Positions 12,225 to 28,782 of a DNA stretch of 64,000 nucleotides are shown here, in pieces (within the stretch, counting starts at the first letter, position 1; every line of letters starts with the position of its first letter). A model generated the notes under the pieces. It ran no database searches, was not told the DNA's origin, and worked only from the letters and a program-made list of their open reading frames with translations. Both the position numbers and the translations under genes were made by a program. The DNA is from Podarcis filfolensis (lineage: Eukaryota): the NCBI GenBank assembly GCA_964270895.1, contig OZ185435.1. One strand, 5' to 3'.

Positions 12225-12349
12225 CATGGGCGTAGCCAGGGGGGCGCAGCTGCAGCTGATAATAAAAATACCAATTGCATCGCAGATAACTCTGCTCCCC
12301 GCACTAACATAAAGCCTGCTCCCCCTAATAAATCCTGGCTACGCCCATG
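12225..12349. mobile_element. 125-bp hAT MITE at the edge of the CpG island
   Basis: Perfect 16-bp TIRs CATGGGCGTAGCCAGG / CCTGGCTACGCCCATG; TSD cctcgtca/cctcgtcc. Confidence 0.9.
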
Positions 12350-12379
12350 CCTCGTCCTCTCTCACCCGGGACTCTCCTT

Positions 12380-14366
<1,987 letters not shown>

Positions 14367-14377
14367 AAGGCTACAAC

Positions 14378-14407
14378 AATAAATATGGCTGCTGCTGTAA
14401 AAATAAA
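14378..14407 (+). terminator. Two AATAAA hexamers just after the LRRC10B stop (candidate polyadenylation signals)
   Basis: AATAAA at 14378-14383 and 14402-14407; usage unverified. Confidence 0.35.
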
Positions 14408-17349
14408 AATCTGATGGATGTTGGTAGGCTTTTGGCTCTACTGCTTGACAGGGCATTAGGAGCTGGGCATGCACTAGGCTCAGGAGGAGCCACCATCTCT
14501 GAGGCAGGTTGATGGGACCTTGGTGATCCCTTGTAAAGAACACATGACAGCAACTCATCAGAAGGCTTGCTGTCTTTTTTCTATGTGGAGCCATGCTTGA
14601 CCCTAGCCCATATAGCTGTAATGCACTATGGGTAACTTGTAAGCACCATAGGAAAAATTATTCTCATGATGGATCATTTCCTTGCATCAAATCTTTGAAA
14701 TGCTAGTCCTTTTGACCCTCGCTCAAGATATGGGCAATGGTCACATCCTGGTGGAAAAGTACAACCTGCCTCTCTCTGGGCAGTAATCACCTCCTTGGGC
14801 TTCCTGCAAAATTCTGCCAGCTGAAGACTTGAAGTGACTTTCCTGTGCTGCTCTGAGAGTCTGGTGTATCTTTGGGCGATTCCTTTCTGGTTGTCTGGTA
14901 TGCTACAATGAGTCTCGACAAGTCAGGATAAAGCCATCTTGTTCTCTCCCCTTCCTACCTGTTCTTACCCACCTTGAACTCTGAGCCCTGGAGGGCTACA
15001 GAGTTGAGTGTGTGAATGTAACATCTTCTTTCATCCCAGGATTTTTTATCCTACTACTGGAATTAGACTTGGAGAGAGAAACGTCCTTTGGACTGCTCCG
15101 TTCAGCTGTCAGGTTTGAGAAGAAGCTCATGCGAAAGCTTTGTTTGTGCAGAGAGCTCCCGGTCCAGGAAAGAGCTTTGCCTCCAGTCTTTGTATGGTGG
15201 GAAAGGAGCCTTGTGCCTTGCCCTGCTGCTTTTCCTGACTTTTTATTCCCTTAAAAGGGCACAGAAGCAAAACTGGTATGACCTGGGCCACTGCAGACTT
15301 CTTGTGGGTCTTGGGTGGATGGGTGGCAGCCACAGGACTTGCCCCCCATTTCGGAAGGTGGCAGGTTCATTCTTGTGGGGGCTGTCGGGCTAGATTTGTA
15401 TTAAATCTAAGCAATAAAAGCATGTCTAAGAAGGGAGTAAGAAAGAAGGAATGTGGGGAGGGGGGCACAAATTCTCAGGGAGGTTTCTCCAAAAGCAGGA
15501 GACCAAAGCTCTTGGGCGGCATCAGGGGCTATTTTTAAAGAGTATTGTAAACAAAATTATAACACCTGGTGAAAGGAAGCAATGTTCTCAGGCATTCATG
15601 TTGAGATATATATGTATATAAACGTCTTTTTCCTCTGCCTGTTTCAGCACTCCACTCTTTCTTGCACTTCTCTTTCTGTCTCCCTGATACCTCTTTGCTT
15701 CTGACCCCCTCCCGCTGTTCTCCTCCCCTCCATTGCTCTCCACTGTTTTTTTCCTTCCTCTCTCCTCCAGCACACACCTCTTCGTCAGCTGTCTTCAGTC
15801 CCTCTCTGGACCAATTCCACTATGTTCAGCCTCAATCTTGATATCTCTGTTGGCATGGCATGGCTATCCAAGCATTGCCAAAGTTAACATCTTTGTCTTG
15901 GAATGAATTTCAAAGAAGCAATGGGTGTTTATGCTATGCTTCTAATTTTATTACAGTTTATTTCTCTTCCATTGGCTGACTGCCACAAAACATTGTGCTA
16001 CTTATGCCATCTCTTTTCTTTCCCTATATACCGCCCCCACACCCAGTTTTGAAGTTTCTGATGGAGTGGGGGAAGGATTCCTCTTCTGTGGAATGTTGTG
16101 CAAAGAGACTGAATGCAAAATATCTGTGTCACTTTGGGGTTGGTTTCAGAGAGGTGATTCATACAAAATGTTTTCACACTCTTTATCAGTTCAGCCACAT
16201 GATCATCCTAACCCGCGCCTTTAAATAAATCTATTACCCTAGATCTGTGGTTACACACCTGGGAATGTCATGTGCAGAATTTCCACCTGACAGCTAATAT
16301 GGTGTTGTTTACAATTGAACTCCACTGAACTACTGGCAATTATTGTCAGAATCCACTTCCATTTTTAGCATCGTACAGTTAACTGCAGCATGCTGATTGT
16401 GTGAATAGGCTTCTGCCTGAACTCTTGGTTTGCATAGTGTGTTGGCGAACTGCAAAGTTGGCAGGAACCAGTTTGAGCTTTATGCATTCTATTCCAATTA
16501 GGTCAGTGTTTCCTAAACTTTTTTGTTTCTCATTAAGAGTCTCAGCAGTTGTCTTGTTTTTATTGGGGTAACACCTTTGATTATTCTCGCTGAGAAATAA
16601 TTACTAACAAGCCTGCAGTGCTGAATTACCCCCATCACAACATCTGATGGGAAGTGTTTGTGTGGCACAGATGACTTTTGAGAATGAAAGGCCCTGTTGT
16701 TAGCTTGATTTCAATGTTACGTCCTTTTAGCTAATAATTTTCCTTTCTAGGATGTTATACAGTATTCTAAAAGTCTTGAAATAAGTCCTTAATGTCATAT
16801 GTCACACATCCCCTTTGGTATTAAGGACAGTCCACCTTTGACAAAGTTATCCTTGGTAGCCGAGCCGTAAGGGCTATGGGAAGGTGCAATGGGGAAAAGT
16901 GCAACAGCTTTACTAATGGTGTGGTGTGGTCCATACAGTGAAGAAGAACTGAGTATTTATAGTACAGCAAAATGGCAAGAAAAGGATGATATTCTGATGA
17001 CTAAATGTTATTGGGGGTTTATTTGTATGTTTGGTTACATCCATATTAGTTTTATTTAAAGGTGCTGAAGTACTGCCTTTCTGAAATTAGCTGGAAACAG
17101 AATTAAAGTGGTAATTATACCTGGTACTAACTATATTAATTGCAATGCCCATCCCTATGATGACGTCCCAAATATCTAAGATATTTACTCAGAAGTAAGT
17201 CCTATTACGCAAAGATCCCATGTCACTTTAATTAGAAGCTTCCACTTTGTAGTTTAAATCTCCAGTTGCTTTATGGTTTTTTTTATGAGCCTTGGCTTTG
17301 CTGATGAATGACTCCTTAATCAGTCAGTGCCTTTCCTCCAACAGGCTTG

Positions 17350-17500
17350 NNNNNNNNNNNNNNNNNNNNNNNNNNNNNNNNNNNNNNNNNNNNNNNNNNN
17401 NNNNNNNNNNNNNNNNNNNNNNNNNNNNNNNNNNNNNNNNNNNNNNNNNNNNNNNNNNNNNNNNNNNNNNNNNNNNNNNNNNNNNNNNNNNNNNNNNNNN
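17350..17500. other. Assembly gap (151 N)
   Basis: Run of N. Confidence 1.
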
Positions 17501-17825
17501 TAAAAAAGTAAAAGAAATATTAAGGGGAGGAAAACAGTATCTAAAATCCCCACTGGTGGGGAGCAGGAACTGATTTAATTAAAGGGCAAATGAATCAATA
17601 ATGCCCAGACCATATTGAACAGTAAGCAATTAGAGGCAAAAGCTGCAAGGAAGAAGTTTCTAATTAAAAGCACAATGGTGTGAGAAGTCTCAATAGAGTT
17701 GTGCTTGCTGAAAGAAAGCTAGTGTTAAGTTCTTTTATTATCCTTTTTCTAAATGAAGAGAATCACCACAAATCAGGTCTGGAGGAAACAGACAACACAA
17801 GAGAAGTAGAATGCATCATCTGGAT

Positions 17826-18152
17826 CATGGGTGGGCAAACTAAGGCCCGGGGGACGGATCTGGCCCAATCACTTTCTAAATCCAGCCCGCAGACAGTCCG
17901 GGAATCAGCGTGTTTTTACATGAGTAGAATGTGTCCTTTTATGTAAAATGCATCTCTGGGTTATTTGTGGGGCCTGTCTGGTGTTTTTACATGAGTAGAA
18001 TGTGTGCTTTTATTTAAAATGCATCTCTGGGTTATTTGTGGGGCATAGGAATTCGTTCATTATTTCCCCCCCTCAAAATATAGTCCAGCCCCCCACAAGG
18101 TCTGAGGGATAGTGGACCGGACACCCCGGCTGAAAAAGTTTGCTGACCTCTG
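17826..18152. mobile_element. Non-autonomous hAT element with internal ~70-bp tandem duplication
   Basis: TIRs CATGGGTGGGCAAACT / AGTTTGCTGACCTCTG; perfect 8-bp TSD atctggat. Confidence 0.92.
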
Positions 18153-20997
18153 ATCTGGATCATTGGTAAAAAGTGAATGAATGAATGAATGAATGATGGC
18201 AGTTCGAGACTTAATGGCTAGCGTGCACTTGAGGCACTTAAAAATATTAAACCCTTTAACCCATGTACAGTTTTTGAAACCATTGTTGTTTACTGTCCCT
18301 GGCCACTCAAAGCCAAGTGAAATCAAAATGTTTTACACTGCTTTGAGAGGATGCTTGCTCAGACTCCCTTAAGTCTTCAGGGGTGTTCCACAGACAAAGG
18401 GCAACCACTAAGAACACCTCTCTGTGAGTGCTGTGAATGTTAAACTTGAGAGGGTGTTTCCAAATATTATTGGAGCTTACAATGAAGCAGAGGGATGGAG
18501 GCCGTTGGTCAGGTATGTTTGGCCCAGTTTGTTTAGGGCTTCATAAGTCCCAACACATTAACAGTGTGATCCTGCACATGCCTACCTGGAAATAAACCCC
18601 ACTTGAATTCAGTGGAACTTACTCCCTGGAAAGTGTATATAGGACTGCAGCCTAAATTTAGCCAGTAAGGCAGTAAAGAGCCAGTGCTGATGGTCTATCA
18701 TGGGTATTATATGCTTCTTGTGACCTTCAGAAAGTGAGAAGTGATGTTTCGTACCAGTTGACATTTCTGTGCTACTTTTGAGGGGCTTACCCACAGAAAA
18801 CACAGCCACCTAACGTAGAAATTGTTAAGTATTAATTCTGAGCTGATCTTAAAAGAAAAGGCTGCAATAGAGCTTAAGGCAAGGATTCACTGCTGCAACT
18901 TGAGTGTCTAAATTTGGATAAATAAATCCAGGAGCACCTGAAGACAGTGAGCCTGATAGTACGGAGTGTGCTCAGAGTGTCAAATTCTGTCCAAGTCACA
19001 TGATCCTCCAGTCTTTATTACGTCAATCATGCCTGGACATAATTACTATCATTTCACCTCTCACCCAGCTCCCTAAATTGAAGAAATTAAAAAGATAGAA
19101 CTTGTATGCCATCTTTCCAAGAAATGCCCAGGGTGGTGAACTAAACCCAACTTTGCTCATCAGGCAAAAACTGTTCAGCCCGGGCAGCAGGTATTCTTGG
19201 CAGGGTGAATGTCAGAGCTGGATTATTCAGAGAGCTGGATTGAGAGCTGGGGTGACATGGTAGCCAGAGAGCCTGAGCTAGGAATTGGGTGAAATCACTA
19301 GGTGGCCAGAGGCAGGCAAGCTACGTTCTCTCAGCTTAATAACGGGGGGGGGGGGGATAATAGCACTACCCCGATTTTTCAAGGCCACAATAAAAATTAC
19401 ACCATGATGATAATAATATAATAATGAATATATTTATTGTTTATTCCCCCAATGCACAAAGTGCTTACAATAGTGATAAAGAATAATAAAGCACATGTAA
19501 ATAAAAATAATGCATGACAAGTGCTTTTAACATTTTGACAGTGCTATATCCATTTTAATTGATGCAGTTACTATTCCTTTAATGACCTTGAGAGCCTCTT
19601 CAGCCTTGCTGTGCAGCAGCAAGTAGAGGCAATTTCAAAGGCTCCCCAAAAGTGCTCCAGCGCGGACTCGCATTTCATGTTGTGGAATAACATTGCTTTG
19701 GTTACAAACAAAGCTATTGTTTTATATTGCCTTGGGATCTGGAGTTCTTTGTTTGGGATGGAGGTACCACTGAGTCCTTGTGAGAAGCTGTGGCCAAACA
19801 ATGTTGTGAGCGACTAGAGAAATGTTTTCATTTTAAATTAGTTGGTTTGGGCATTTTAGGGAAGATTTATTCCTGAACTGTTTTTCCAGGCTCATTCTTT
19901 CACAGAGGCATTTTCTTTGTATCCAGAAATATTGATGCAGCTGCTAGAGATTACTCAATCCCTCCTGCTAACTGCAAAATACTGGTTCCCATTGCTTGAT
20001 GCCTTGCAGGTACTGAAGTGCTTTTTATTCCGTGGGAATACTGGGAATTGCAGAATTCACAGGGCCTTGAACTCTCAAGTTCATGTTATCTGTGCCTAGC
20101 ATTCAAGAGTTATTAAGCCAGAAATGGGGCAGTCAAGCCCTCCCCCGACTCTGTTAGAAGTGTGCGTAATTTTATTTTTTTTAAATCAGTGGGAGAATGC
20201 TAAAATAACACTTCCTGGCTTTTGCATCCCTAGGTTCACTTTATTTTTAGATCTCCCACTCTCGCCCTTCCTCTTCCTTCTCTTCTTCCTCTCCCCAGTA
20301 TTTTTCATAGTTTGGGGGTGCTTTTTTCCTCCACCCCCAAGCTTAAAGAACCTTTCAGAATCATGCACATTCCAGCTGGTGAGGCATTGGAATGAAAAGC
20401 ACATATTGGGAAGCTTATTATAAATTCTGAAGTTGGCAGCACTTCTGCTGTGTTTATTCAGTAGAATTCGCACTTGGTTGTGGCTCTTTGAGAGTCCCGG
20501 GTTTTGATCTTTGTTGTCTTGACACGGCATTGTTTTGGCAGCACAGATCTTTTCCTCTAGCTTTTGTGAACCTTTGGAATGCACTGTACTGGATGTTAAC
20601 GTGACTAAGTAGCTCATGTAGAAGTCTGTAGGAATCCATGTTGGAGTCTCCGCATCTCATTCCAGGATGACTCACTTTTGCTGTCATTATGCCCACCCTC
20701 TTTTCTCTCTCTTTCAGCAATATTATCTCTCTTTTTTTCCAATCCCCTATCTTGTCCCTCCTTCTACTAAATTCTGTCATGATGTACAAAGATTGTTACA
20801 CCTTCATGATCCTGCATGACTAGGTGTTGTACTGCACAGAGTGGCCTCCTCAGCATATTCTTTGTCTCAGAGCTGGGCCATCCAGCCACTGTCAAAAGTA
20901 TTGCTATTTTTCCTCTGGCTTTCCCTTGTGCTCTTGTACCCCTGCTCTGTACTGTGTCCAACTGAGCCATGTTTTCCCTGTCCTTACAGGGTGTACC

Positions 20998-21135
20998 CAT
21001 GACTTTCCCCCCCAGCCGGAACTCGCCAGAACTTAGTTCCGGCACCTCTCAGGTTGGCGCCATTGCCATTCTAATAGAACAAGGGAGGCGTTCATGGTGA
21101 GCTCCAGCGCTTCTTTTTCTAGAAAAATAGTACTG
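20998..21135. mobile_element. 138-bp hAT MITE
   Basis: Perfect 8-bp TSD ggtgtacc; degenerate TIRs; internal ccggaactc / gttccggcacctct motifs. Confidence 0.8.
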
Positions 21136-23639
21136 GGTGTACCCCTCTTCCCATTCTGTTTTGTGTAGAAATACCTCAGGGGGAGCCATGAAGATATGAC
21201 ACCTCAGCTATGCATGCTCACTAAAGGTCAGGCTTTATAATTATGTTTAAGACTCTTACAATGACAAGGTATGTGTGCTTAGGTATAGTTGAGAGTGTGC
21301 TCCATACAAAACCCAAAGAGATAGAGTATGTGTTACAGTGTGGGGCATAACTGTCTCTTGCAACTTTTGACAGCTATGTTGTTTTCTTTCTGAGTGAAAC
21401 TGGGGGCCATTTTCCCCACTCCTTGTTAAAAAATGGATAGGGCTGCCATGGGTCCCATAGAATTGCTTTGGTGGCTAGAGCTGGCCTCTCTTCTACCACG
21501 TGATCATCCTTTGTACTTATGATCCTAATTCTGAGATGAACGTAAAGGGTATGCATGAACTTGTTTTTTAAAAACACATGCAGCAGAAGACTGAAGTCTA
21601 GATAGACCAGCAGGCTTTGTTCCAAGATAACTGATCATGTACCCAAGCCCAAAAGGAACTCTGATTAGTTAGATCATAGATAGCTTTGCTACTGTCAGAT
21701 TGAGGGATTCAGATCTTACCAATCTTAAACTAGTTGTGTATCTGAACATCTTGAACCATCAGCGCTGGCTTTATTGTAAATAATAATAATAATGAAACAG
21801 GGAAATGTTCTTTGATCACTGGCATGATATGCGTTGTATCTTGTTTTAGTATCAATGCATCTGTTTCCATCTGTGCTTTCTGACTGCGCTCCCAAGGCTA
21901 CCAAGTGGAAAGGAAGTCTTTGAGAAAAAGCATGGTTTGGAAGGGCTCTGGGTAAACAAGACTACCAAGATGATGGAAAGAGAGGAAGATATACTCCTCC
22001 TTTCAAGAAAACCCTTTTTTTAGGAGGGGGAAATTGGCAATGTAAAGTGAATTGAGTATTTTAAGCTATGCTAAATGTAATATAATGATACAAAATGACC
22101 ATGATGGCTCTTTGCAAGGAAGGAATATAAACAGGAACATCTTTCAGATGCCACAGCTCTGTTGAAGTCAGTGGACCATCTGTGCCCAGCTATCAGAGAA
22201 AGGCGCGTAAGCCTCTTGCAGTTCTGTTTCAAAGGCTCATCTAACTTGGAGGTTAAAAGTAGAGGCATCCTATCTTTTATCTGGAGGTGACATTGGGTAG
22301 TTGGTTTAGGATGTATTGCCATAGTGATCCACAAATGTCTACATTAAGCTTCATAAGATTTCGGCAATATCCTGAATTGATTCACTGTCTCATTTAGCCA
22401 GAATTGTCTGTTCTTGCCTTTTTTTTTTGCTCTCCTGTTTCTCAAGCAGACAACTTTCCCAGCCAAGCTGGAGTTGGGCAAAATGGAGATGAGCAATTGA
22501 GCATTGTTACATGTTGTGGTGTGATAGTTTGCATCACCCCTCCTGCACCCGATTTTCCTACTATAATCACTGGTCAAACACATTCAAAAACTCAGGTTTC
22601 CCTGTAGAAAAATACTCTTGCTTCTTCAGGGAAGGTATGCAGACGCTTTAGCTCACAGTCAACATGGATCTTATTTTTCCATGTGGACTTTTTTACACAT
22701 TTGCCCACACAAGAGTGCTTTCATTTGAACTTGTACCTCAATGTTTTACCATCCATACTGCTGCAAGGTGCTTGATGGCATGCTTTCACACTGTGTTTTT
22801 GTCCCCTTTCCTCTCCCTGAGTTTCAGAGACCTGAGGTCCATTGTGGTGTTTGTTTGCCTATGCACATGGCCATTTTTTGCAGGGGGCGGAATACAAGTT
22901 TTCAATAAATCAGACTTGCACAAAACAATGGATTAACACTTTTTTAAAAATAATGTAGGTGTATTGTGGCTGGCCCTACCAGCAACCCACTGAGGAGCAT
23001 CTCACCAATGGAAATAATAGGTGGCACCCAGGAAAACATCACCACGCTTGCGCTCTCGCTCTCTCCCTCTCACTCTCCCTCCCTCTCCCTCCACACAGTC
23101 CAGTTCATCCACATTTGAGTGATGCGATTTTATGTTGGATCTTTCTTTTCCTTTGATCTTTCAGGAAAATCTGAATCAAGCAGGTCAAAGTGCAGGCTGT
23201 TAGTTGGATGAGTACAGTACTGTGTGGGCAGCATGAACATGGTGTGTGCACACAGCCTTACAGTTTAGATTTTTCATATCAGGTGTATCAGTAGTTACAA
23301 CCTGGAGACTTCAAGAGAGATTTTACAAGCAAAAAGGAGATATCTTTCAAAGACTTACATTCCAATGCCCCAAGACTTACATTCCAAAAGGAGAGCCTTA
23401 AGGAACTTTTTGTCAAAGTATACAGTCATAGGTTCACCACAGTTACATTAACACATCTGTGACTGCTAAGTCTTTCATATTTCTCAGTCTTATTCCAGCT
23501 AATCATCCACTTCATTGATGCCAAATGGTGGGCAAAGGAGTCTGTTCCATAGACTGCAATTGAGAAGGGTCAGTCATCATAGTGACTCCTCCAGTGGCAG
23601 TTATTTCAGATTCACCATTCTAGCCGGTGCCATAGGACT

Positions 23640-23815
23640 TCTTTAAAGCCCATGTAAAGCAGTCTTCTTCTGAGTTGGGTCACTGCTTCATCCAGCAGTG
23701 TCTTACTCAAAGTGGTTTTGGCTCTTCCAGATCTCAAGTAGTTGTGTTTCTCATCCCCACTACCTTAAATCCTTTTAACTGGCAATGCCGAGGATTGAAT
23801 CTGTGACATGCTGTC
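23640..23815 (-). mobile_element. Degenerate Squam3-like SINE
   Basis: atccttttaactggcaatgccgaggattgaatctgtgac resembles the reversed tRNA head of the 10399 copy. Confidence 0.55.
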
Positions 23816-25944
23816 ACCGAAATGTGAGCATGATTCCTTACTTTTGAGGATTATACCAACCGTATTCTGCTCTTATGAGCAATGTGCAGAGGTAATAAGC
23901 TGTTAGTGAACGTAAATGTGATAGGCTAGATGGAAAAGGAGGACATTTCCCGCCATGCATTGCAACATTTTCATGGTTTTATCTACACACGTATTCTTTC
24001 ATACAAGAAAAAAAAATGACATTGGCTTTTAGACCTATGGTGCTATAATAGGGTTAATTTCCCCCAACCTTAATGATTCCCTTTAAAATAAAAAAGCAAG
24101 ATTGCAAGGAAACTGCTGTACAATAAAAGTAAACAGATATCTTCTGTTATTGGCAGGTACACGCTGATATTTTCAGTTCATATCTGCAGAGTTTCAGGAA
24201 TCCAGGTTTTAAAATAAGCATGGAGGGGGGGAATCTATCTATATGAACATAATGAGACCCCTGGAGATATTCAGCTGGAATATGAACTATTGGTTTCATA
24301 TTCTCAAGCATTCTTAATGCAAGCTATAAGTCAAATCTTGTTGCCATCAGGATGCTGTTTCACTTCACCTGTGATTAAGTAACCAGTCTGCCCAACTCTG
24401 GCTGGATTAAGAGAGAAATATTTTAGACAATTCTTTTCCTCCTTGGTCCTTTCTGCTCTGAAGCATGTGGTCAGTTGGCAAACTTGCTGGCACCAACTCC
24501 TTTTGTTGCCTCTTTCCCCCTTGCCCACTTTCCTGGATCTGGCCTGCAATTCTGCTGAGAAATACTCTCGGACCCTGCAGTCAGCACCTCCAAATTCGGC
24601 ACCTGAGTCCATATTTACATAAAGTTTCCTGCAACACAATCCTACACATTTCCCCAGAAGCAAAGCCTACTGAGTGCATTAAGGCTCACTCCCAGATAAG
24701 GGAGCATAGTATTGCAGCCTTACCTACCTACTCTGAATGCTTTTCTTTCGGGGACACCACCCCATCTTCTATTGTCAGCTTCTGCTAAAGGAGAATAGGC
24801 AAGGTAAATGCAAGCTAGTTGCAACAGGCATATGGGGTTAGAGATATTGAGGGAGGCATAGGAAAGGAAAGGAAGTTCTCTAAATAAATGGCACCTATCC
24901 ACCCAATGGAAGCCCCCGTGCCCCTTTCTCTCTAGGGCTCTTTCCTTTGCTCATGGAGGCACAGTAAGTTTTCATTCACCTGTGCTTTGTTAGAAGACTC
25001 TCCTGATATTTTACCTTTCTCATAGAAGCTGTCGGAGCAGATTAATTTTGGCTTAACATGTGCTGCACAGATGTCATAATAAAGCATAATTACCTTGTCA
25101 TCCTCTTCACTGGCTTTTCATCTATCAACAATAGCTGTACTTCTCTTCTTCCTAACACATTGTTCTATATATTCCACCTGTGTTCCATAAAGCACATGGC
25201 TTTGGGTCACATTTCTGGGTGATTAACCACATGTTGAGTCTGCTTAAAACAACTGCATTGTTTTAAGGACCACCCCTTAGGAAATGCTCGTCTGTTCTTG
25301 ACACCACAACACATTCTTGTGTCTTGTGCTAATGACGCTAGAGGGGGAGGGCATTTTTCTTGGAAGATCCTGTCATTTCAATCTGCTCCTCTTTTCCGCA
25401 ACTGAAGGGTCACTGCAGCAAGAGCTTAAATCGGAGAAGGCCCCATCATTAGCCAAAAGCTTGAGAAGCTTTCATGAGTAAAGTTCAGTTCAGTTACATG
25501 TTTGAGAGTGTTTACTTTGCAAATATTTAGTATGTGTATGTTTGTGTGAGGTGCGAGCGGGGTTTGCAATGCAGGTGAGTGACAGGAAGGGGAAAGGAAT
25601 AGTTTTCTCAAGTAAGGAGAGACTGTGCAGTTTGAGCTTGAATTGGTCACCCCATTTCCCCTAACATGCATGCCCAGAAGCAGAACTGCTTTGCTCCTGT
25701 GGCAACATTCCTTTTGTGTTCTGAAGGATCTGGTCACCCAAACACTTCTGGCTGGGCTGTGATCATCAAATAACCAGCCCCCAGAGTAGATCTGTTCTGC
25801 AGAAGTTGCAAAGTCCACAGCTGCTGACTACCACTTGACTAAGATGGCTATGGAAATTGTATGAGTGTGAGACTGAATGTGGAAAAGCCCCAGTTTTACC
25901 CAGGAATTGCCTTCTAATCCACCCTTAATTTTTAACCAACAGGT

Positions 25945-26245
25945 CAGTTGGGGCTCGAGATGCACAAATCTGTTAACTTTGGTTTCTCTCAGTTTCTCAT
26001 TTTCCCGATCTTAAATTGTGTTCTTCCTATTTCTGCAGCAATTTGTGATTTTTGTGGTTTTTTTTAAAAAAAGCAAGCAAGAAAATCTATCAGCATTGTA
26101 ATGTGAATTTCTCCTAATATATACGTTTTTGTACCCATTGGTTGGGAAACTGCAGTGCAAAATTAGGAGATTCAAGTATTAACTTAAGAAGGGTGAATTA
26201 GGTTATCATTAAAATGCAAACAAATTTCTCCCCCATCCCTAGTTC
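25945..26245. mobile_element. Non-autonomous DNA transposon-like repeat (related fragment near 27360-27565)
   Basis: aatctgttaactttggtttctctcagtttctcattttc...aaatttctcccccatccctag, a recurrent lizard MITE-like sequence; the second fragment shares the catccctag end. Confidence 0.5.
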
Positions 26246-26831
26246 TGTCTATGGATGCTTGAGAAATGAATTATTTCTGAAATCTGATATGAACTGACTT
26301 GAGCCACGCCTCCTAGACTAATCTGCAGATTGGACTGTAGAGCTTCTTTGGAATTGTGCACTTCAGCAAATTTTGTGATGGAATCCTCAGCAAAATTATT
26401 TAAAAATATGTTTCATATATTAAGAATACATTTAATGCATGGGCAAAGCAGAGGGTAGGGAAGGGAGAACAGAAGACAGAGAATCCACTTTTTCTTGGGT
26501 CGTGCTGGGCTCCTACTGGAAAAGTGGACAGTAGTGATAGGGCATTCTTCCCTCCTTTTTTGTATGGATTTTGGAAGTTATTTTTAAGTTTCACAGCATG
26601 GATTCAAATGAGAGAATAATAAACTAAACCATTGCCAGTTCCAGGGCTGGCTTATTCTATCCGCTGTGACTGAAACACCTCCTTTCCGCCGCTCTGATGT
26701 TGGTGCCCCCAAAAGTTGTAGACCCAGCCATAGATCACAGATCTGAGGCAGCTTATGAGGTTGGATCTCCCTCTCCAGGGATGGATTTCTGTATTTGTTC
26801 ACTTAAGAGGGAGATAATCCAGATTGTGGCA

Positions 26832-27295
26832 GCTAGACTGGTGACTGGGAGTGGCCGCTGAGACCATATAACACCGGTCCTGAAAGACTTACATTGGCTC
26901 CCAGTACGTTTCTGAGCACAATTCAAAGTGTTGGTGCTGACCTTTGAAGCCCTAAATGGCCTCGGCCCAGTATACCTGAAGGAGCATCTCCACCTCCATC
27001 ATTCAGCCCGGACACTGAGGTCCAGCTCCGAGGGTCTTCTGGCGGTTCCCTCACTGCGAGAAGTGAAGCTACAGGGAACCACGCAGAGGACCTTCTTGAT
27101 AGTGGTGCCCACCCTGTGGAACGCCCTCCCACCAGATGTCAAGGAAATCTGACTTTTATAAAAAATCTGAAGGCAGCCCTGTTTAGGGAAGTTTTTAATG
27201 TTTGATGTTTTATTGTGTTTTTAATATTCTGTTGAGAGCTGCCCAGAGTGGCTGGGGAAACCCAGCCAGATGGGCGGGGTATAAATAATAAATAA
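26832..27295 (+). mobile_element. L2 LINE 3' end
   Basis: RT C-terminal peptide DHITPVLKDLHWLPV..AQFKVLVLTFEALNGLGPVYLKEHL, then 3' UTR ending gggcggggtataaataataaataat. Confidence 0.9.
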
Positions 27296-28782
27296 TACTG
27301 TAATAATAATTATAATATCCCCACCCCACTGTATTGCCCCTGAGATCCTCCCAAGGACCACATTTCAGCCTTAAATATGTTTAGAAATATGAATTTTAAG
27401 GCATATCGGTTTAGAGAATGTGAGAAAAAAACATCTGAAAGTATTTAAAAGGTGATTAAAAACAAAAAAACCACCCACCCATAGATTAATGCAGAAATGG
27501 GATTGACTGGATTTATGAATGAAAGTGACAGGAACTCGAAACAGACAGATCCATCCATCCCTAGTTCTGGCAAGGAACAAAATCCCCTGAATTACAGGTC
27601 ATCATTGTGAAAGGACAAGTACATTTCCCCCCTACTCTAAGAGGGAGAGCCAGTTTCTCTATGTATACCAAGAAGCTTGTTTCAGCCTCTACAGCTGCAG
27701 ACTTTCTGCAAGGGCTTGTTGCTCTTAAGCAAGATATTCTGGATGAGTGTTCCAGTGCCGGCAGGAGGGTTGGGGGTCAGGTCAAGGGAACACCCAGCCA
27801 CAAATGTTTTTATATTTATTTTATTGGATGTTCACAATGGTCTTGGGTGAGCAGGCTGTTAGAATTGTGCCTTCTTTGGGAATATCCAATAGAGGCTTAT
27901 GACACATGTGGAACTACCTAGCAACCGCAATAGCAATGAGTGTGTTGCCCACCTAACCTTCTGGAAACCATTAGGATGGTATTCTTCTCCCCCACTCCCT
28001 TTTTAATGACAGAAAGAGAAAGCCAAGTGTTGTCTTATTTTACTATCCTTTATTATTTAGACCAGGAGGCCTCCTCTACAAAACAAGGGGCCTGGTTCTC
28101 CAAAAATATGGTTCTGCAAAGAAAACGTTCCTACCTCGTAGACATCAGTGATGATGAAATCACACTGGCTTAGTAGTAATAGTAGTAGCAGTAGTAGTAA
28201 TATTTTTCCCATCCTTTTTTGGTGTGTTTTATCAGGTTTTATTATAAAATATGTCTGCTCCATGAGTTTTAAACATCTCCAAACACAATAGGAAGGAGGT
28301 GGCAGCTGAGTCTAGCTGGACTGCCACCTTCACTGCTAGGAAAGAAGTTGTCTACAGTGTAGTCATATATTTTTTTTTCACCTTTTTTCTGTTTGCACAC
28401 ACTATGTTAGATGGTTATCATCACATGAAGAAGAGATACCTGAACAAGATACAGCTAAGAGCTCTAGAATTAAAAATGAATACACAACTCTCCAAATTCC
28501 AATTGTACAAAAGAAACCGCTTCTGGTTTGGGGGAGTGGTGGTAGGCGAGGGGGCAGGAAATACTTCACAGGGAGGCTGGCTGGAGCAATGGCTCAGTTT
28601 GCCAGTGGTGGTAATAATGCTTTGCGTGTCAGTAGTAGCACCTCTAATCAAAGGCTATCCTAGCATTAGGGGATCAGTCTGAACTACCGGTACCTTTACA
28701 CAGACTGATGAATTTTCTGCCCCATGACATCAACGGAGACATCTTGTGCAATGCCGCTTTATTTAACACGTTCAAGGCCCTG

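Noticed and set aside
17292-17573. ORFs at 17292-17573 and 17320-17553
   Set aside because: Artefacts of reading through the N gap.
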